64,000 nt of DNA, from assembly GCA_041751215.1 (NCBI GenBank), contig JBGSXW010000002.1, positions 67,123 through 131,122 on the forward strand. Reading direction: 5' to 3'. This DNA comes from Candidatus Saccharimonadales bacterium. GTDB lineage: Bacteria; Patescibacteriota; Saccharimonadia; Saccharimonadales; JBGSXW01. Both the position numbers and the translations under genes were made by a program. The notes beneath the pieces were generated by a model. That model did no database searches. It was not told where the DNA came from and saw only the letters and a list, made by a program, of their open reading frames with translations. Below, piece after piece: positions 60,359-64,000 of this stretch. Each line of letters begins with the position of its first letter. Position 1 is the first letter of the stretch.

Positions 60359-62437
60359 CTACTTACTCTGTTTTGAGATGATGGTTTCGGCCACGTTTGG
60401 CGGTACATCAGCGTAGTGGTCAAGTTCCATGGTAGAACTGGCACGACCTTGAGTCATAGAACGCAAGTTGGTAGTGTATCCGAACATTTCTCCTAGTGGC
60501 ACAAAGGCATCAATGACCTTAGCGCCCATGCGATCGGTCATGGTTTCAACCTTGCCGCGCTTGGAGTTTAAGTCGCCGATGACGTCACCCATGAAGTCTT
60601 CAGGGGTTACAACTTCAACTTTCATGATTGGCTCAAGGAGCACTGGCTTGGCTTTCTTAACGCCGTCTTGTAGCGCCATGCTGGCTGCAACCTTAAAGGC
60701 AACTTCTGATGAGTCGACGTCGTGGTATGAACCGTCGTAGAGGGTAGCTTTAACGTCAACTACTGGGTATCCAGCAATAACTCCATTGTTGAGGGCTTCT
60801 TCAATACCGGCTTTAACCGGCGAGATGTATTCGCGAGGAACGACACCACCCTTGATGGAATCAACAAATTCAAAGCCTTTTCCGGCTTCTTGTGGCTCAA
60901 GTTTTAGCCATACATGGCCGTACTGACCGCGTCCACCTGATTGCTTGATGTACTTGCCTTCTGACTCTACAGAGTCTCGAATAGTTTCACGGTAAGCAAC
61001 TTGAGGCTGGCCAATATCGGCTTCTACCTTAAATTCGCGCTTCATTCTGTCAACGATAATCTCGAGGTGAAGCTCACCCATTCCAGAAATAATGGTTTGA
61101 CCGGTTTCGTGATCAACCTTAACTCTGAATGTAGGATCTTCCTCTGCTAGGCGCTGCAAAGCAGTCGACATCTTCTCTTGGTCGGCTTTAGTCTTTGGCT
61201 CAATAGCGATCGATACAGGAGGTTCAGGGAAGGTTATTGACTCAAGTATTACTGGATTTGCAGGATCGCAAAGGGTGTTACCGGTGGTAGTGTTCTTAAG
61301 ACCAACAATTGCGGCAATATCACCTGCAGCAACTTCTTCAACTTCTTCGCGGTGGTTGGCATGCATTCGAACAATACGGCCAACTCGCTCTTTTTCGCCA
61401 GTAGACGAGTTTAGGATGTAAGATCCTGATTTAAGCGTGCCGGCATACATTCTAAAGAATACGAGCTTACCTACAAAGGGATCAGTCGCAACCTTAAACG
61501 CAAGTGCAGCTACTGGATCTGAGGCATTTGGTGGGCGCTCAACGTCCTTTCCGGTCTTTGGATCGGTGCCTTTAGCGGCCGGAACGTCTAGTGGGCTAGG
61601 CAGATATGCATTAATAGCATCAAGAAGCATCTGTACACCCTTGTTCTTAAGGGCTGAGCCACAGAAGATTGGGTGAATCTTTACGTCGATTGTAGCCTGT
61701 CTGAGCGCTTTAACCAGCTCTTCCTTGCTAATGTCTTCGCCTTCCAGGAACTTCATAGTGAGTTCGTCATCGGTTTCGGCAATGCGCTCAACCATCTTGG
61801 CTCGCCACTCTTTGGCCTTTTCAGCCATGTCTTCAGGAATCTCTTGTTCCTCGAACTTCATGCCGTCATCGGTTGTGTAAACAAAAGCTTTCATCGTAAG
61901 CAGGTCAACGATACCGCTAAACCCGCCTTCCGAGCCAATTGGCAGCTGCATCGGTACGCCAAGCTTGGTTAGTCGGTTTTCAATACTATCTAGGTCGGCG
62001 TAGAAGTCAGCACCAGTTCGGTCTAGCTTGTTAATGAAGCAGATGCGAGGGACGTTGTACTTGTCGGCTTGGCGCCAAACAGTTTCTGTCTGTGACTCAA
62101 CTCCGGCCACGCCGTCAAATACAGTCACTCCGCCATCAAGAACGCGTAGACTTCGCTCAACTTCAACAGTAAAGTCTACGTGTCCTGGGGTGTCAATAAT
62201 GTTAATGCGATGATCGCGCCATACACAAGTTGTAGCAGCTGAGGTGATAGTAATACCACGCTCTTGCTCTTGTTCCATCCAGTCCATGGTAGCTTCACCT
62301 TCGTGAACTTCACCAATTTTGTGTGTAATACCGGTGTAGTAAAGAACTCGCTCGGTAGTTGTAGTCTTACCGGCATCAATATGCGCAATAATGCCAATGT
62401 TTCGGGTTTTATCTAGTTGGTAGTTCTTTGCTGACAT
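60359..62437 (-). CDS. fusA: elongation factor G
   Basis: [21 protein letters not shown]. Confidence 0.97.
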   Translation of the reverse strand: MSAKNYQLDKTRNIGIIAHIDAGKTTTTERVLYYTGITHKIGEVHEGEATMDWMEQEQERGITITSAATTCVWRDHRINIIDTPGHVDFTVEVERSLRVLDGGVTVFDGVAGVESQTETVWRQADKYNVPRICFINKLDRTGADFYADLDSIENRLTKLGVPMQLPIGSEGGFSGIVDLLTMKAFVYTTDDGMKFEEQEIPEDMAEKAKEWRAKMVERIAETDDELTMKFLEGEDISKEELVKALRQATIDVKIHPIFCGSALKNKGVQMLLDAINAYLPSPLDVPAAKGTDPKTGKDVERPPNASDPVAALAFKVATDPFVGKLVFFRMYAGTLKSGSYILNSSTGEKERVGRIVRMHANHREEVEEVAAGDIAAIVGLKNTTTGNTLCDPANPVILESITFPEPPVSIAIEPKTKADQEKMSTALQRLAEEDPTFRVKVDHETGQTIISGMGELHLEIIVDRMKREFKVEADIGQPQVAYRETIRDSVESEGKYIKQSGGRGQYGHVWLKLEPQEAGKGFEFVDSIKGGVVPREYISPVKAGIEEALNNGVIAGYPVVDVKATLYDGSYHDVDSSEVAFKVAASMALQDGVKKAKPVLLEPIMKVEVVTPEDFMGDVIGDLNSKRGKVETMTDRMGAKVIDAFVPLGEMFGYTTNLRSMTQGRASSTMELDHYADVPPNVAETIISKQSK

Positions 62438-62456
62438 AATGATTCTTTACTTCCTG

Positions 62457-62750
62457 TTAATTAGTTTCTTCTATGGCAGCGAGTTCGTCGCTGTAAAGTT
62501 CCTGATAGATATCAAGTATTTCCTGGGGTACATCGGCTTCTTCGATGGCAACGGCTAGTCGAACGGCAGCATGTTTTGCGACCTCGTCGCCAAGTTCGAG
62601 TGCAAAGTCAAGATCTTGAGCGGCTTCACTTATTTTGCCGGACGCCATCCCAGTCTTATGAAAGAACTGATACAGTCTATCGGTGGCAGTGAGAAATCGG
62701 GGCGATTCAGCCGCGGCTTCCGTACTAGTAGCTTCTTCTTGCTCAACCAC
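62457..62750 (-). CDS. hypothetical acidic protein (97 aa) between rpsG and fusA
   Basis: ORF track. GTG start 11 nt after the rpsG stop. Confidence 0.45.
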   Translation of the reverse strand: MVEQEEATSTEAAAESPRFLTATDRLYQFFHKTGMASGKISEAAQDLDFALELGDEVAKHAAVRLAVAIEEADVPQEILDIYQELYSDELAAIEETN

Positions 62751-62761
62751 GCCCGTAACCC

Positions 62762-63250
62762 TTAGTACCTTGCAAAGTGAGCGAAGGCACGGTTGGCTTC
62801 GGCCATTCGATGCGTGTCTTCCTTCTTCTTTACTGCGCCACCGGTGCTGTTATAAGCGTCGAGTATTTCGGCTGCAAAAGCTTCGATTGAAGTTTTGCCC
62901 ATTCCACTGCGACGACTACGAGCTGCCTCGACAAACCACATCAAGGTTAGGTGAGTTTGACGCTGGCCACGTACTTCGAATGGAATTTGGTAGTTAGCAC
63001 CACCAACTCGGCGAGATCGAACTTCCATTTGCGGCGTGACGTTTTTAATAGCAGTCTCTAGCACATCGAGTGGGTTGTCGTTCTTTGCTCGTTTAGCGGC
63101 GAGTTCCATTGCACCGTAAATAGTCTTCTCGGCAATTTGCTTTTTGCCGGCAAGCATAGTTTTGTTAATCAACTTTTGCACTAGCACGCTGTTGTACTTG
63201 CGGTCCGGTTCAATAACTCGTTGTAGTGATTTAGTCTTTTTTCTTGGCAT
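62762..63250 (-). CDS. rpsG: 30S ribosomal protein S7
   Basis: MPRKKTKSLQRVIEPDRKYNS. Start set to ATG 63250. Confidence 0.95.
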   Translation of the reverse strand: MPRKKTKSLQRVIEPDRKYNSVLVQKLINKTMLAGKKQIAEKTIYGAMELAAKRAKNDNPLDVLETAIKNVTPQMEVRSRRVGGANYQIPFEVRGQRQTHLTLMWFVEAARSRRSGMGKTSIEAFAAEILDAYNSTGGAVKKKEDTHRMAEANRAFAHFARY

Positions 63251-63252
63251 AA

Positions 63253-63573
63253 TTAATCCTTTGTAGCTTCTGCGTAGCGCGATAAGGCAATGAAACAATT
63301 TATCTCTTTAGGGGCGCCTTTTGCGTGCATTTCTTTCATTATCTCTGGGCAGCGCTCAATCAAGTCCTCGTAAGTTGCGCCTTGTCCGGCATCAATGTAG
63401 GCCTGTGCGTAAGGACAGTCACCAGCAATAGCGTCACGGTAGGCTCTCATTTCATCATAAAGGCTTCGATCAAATGGAAGGTCGTCGTTCGCTTCTGGAC
63501 GGTCGGGTCGATTCTCACACAAGAATACAGGTGTTTCGGCGACTACTGGTGTGTCTGTGGCCTGCTCAGTCAT
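63253..63573 (-). CDS. hypothetical acidic Cys-containing protein (106 aa) between rpsL and rpsG
   Basis: Its ATG overlaps the rpsL stop (TAATG) and its stop lies 2 nt before the rpsG ATG. Four Cys, including two CP motifs. Confidence 0.55.
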   Translation of the reverse strand: MTEQATDTPVVAETPVFLCENRPDRPEANDDLPFDRSLYDEMRAYRDAIAGDCPYAQAYIDAGQGATYEDLIERCPEIMKEMHAKGAPKEINCFIALSRYAEATKD

Positions 63574-63989
63574 TACTTGCTTGTCGCCTTCTTAGCGCCG
63601 TACTTTGAGCGGCGCTGTTTACGTCCTTCGACACCCTGAAGATCAAGTGTGCCTCGAACAATGTGATATCTAACACCTGGAAGGTCTGGAACTCTTCCAC
63701 CGCGGATCAAGACAACTGCGTGCTCCTGGAGGTTGTGTCCTTCGCCGCCAATGTAGGCCCAGACTTCTTGGCCGTTGGTCAATCGAACTCGGGCAACCTT
63801 ACGAAGAGCCGAGTTTGGCTTCTTAGGAGTCTTGGTAGTAACTTTCACACAAACACCTCGTCTAAGAGGGTTGTTCTTCTCGTAGCTCTTGTTGTTTAAG
63901 GTGTTTTGAACCTTATGTAGAGCTGGAGATTTAGAACCTTTCTTAGAGGTTTTGCGTGGTTTTCTGACTAACTGATTAATGGTTGGCAT
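63573..63989 (-). CDS. rpsL: 30S ribosomal protein S12
   Basis: [13 protein letters not shown]...[16 protein letters not shown]. Confidence 0.97.
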   Translation of the reverse strand: MPTINQLVRKPRKTSKKGSKSPALHKVQNTLNNKSYEKNNPLRRGVCVKVTTKTPKKPNSALRKVARVRLTNGQEVWAYIGGEGHNLQEHAVVLIRGGRVPDLPGVRYHIVRGTLDLQGVEGRKQRRSKYGAKKATSK

Positions 63990-64000
63990 ATCGAGGTACT

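Overview
All calls come from hand reading of the sequence and the ORF track. Hand-derived coordinates for RNAs, promoters and repeats may be off by 1-2 nt.

The window is a gene-dense, mostly minus-strand stretch of a small bacterial genome. Its backbone is translation and replication machinery.
- Positions 43.7-64.0 kb hold an almost complete str-S10-spc-alpha ribosomal cluster: rpsL to rplQ, then rplM-rpsI.
- Positions 19.5-29.0 kb hold secE-nusG-rplK-rplA and rplJ-rplL.
- Positions 13.4-18.8 kb hold dnaX-dnaB-ybaB-recR.
- Also present: cysS, trpS, cca, murD, a glycosyltransferase/GH57/GH15 alpha-glucan cluster, four tRNAs (Gln, Trp, 2x Thr), a WhiB-like regulator, Cu/Zn SOD and an orphan histidine kinase.

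Several features suggest a Patescibacteria/CPR organism, most like Saccharimonadia. This is inference only. The features are: no L30; no adk/map after secY; Cys-free L36/L33; long S14; tiny spacers; and overlapping stop/start codons.

Observations that look most worth follow-up:
1. A ~155-nt rod-like structured element occurs in two diverged copies. One splits rplJ-rplL (20001-20154, minus strand); the other lies upstream of tRNA-Thr (39115-39273, plus strand). Compensatory base changes and strand-specific G-U pairs point to an unclassified ncRNA.
2. A textbook-looking four-segment ribosome-mediated attenuator sits upstream of a small ORF-trpS operon (43593-43750). It has an aromatic-codon leader peptide.
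3. Four non-ribosomal small ORFs are wedged between rpsL/rpsG, rpsG/fusA, fusA/tuf and rpsJ/rplC.
4. A 5.8-kb insert separates rplA from rplJ. It carries a dcd / Tmk-ThyX-fusion pyrimidine module and a 1-kb ORF-poor region. That region contains a GC-rich, inverted-repeat-bounded remnant with a stop-interrupted HTH ORF.
5. Three cases of an insertion accompanied by a partial target duplication: GIY-YIG next to tRNA-Gln, the tRNA-Thr 3' end, and the DUF721 gene 5' end.

No CRISPR array, rRNA or intact transposase was seen.
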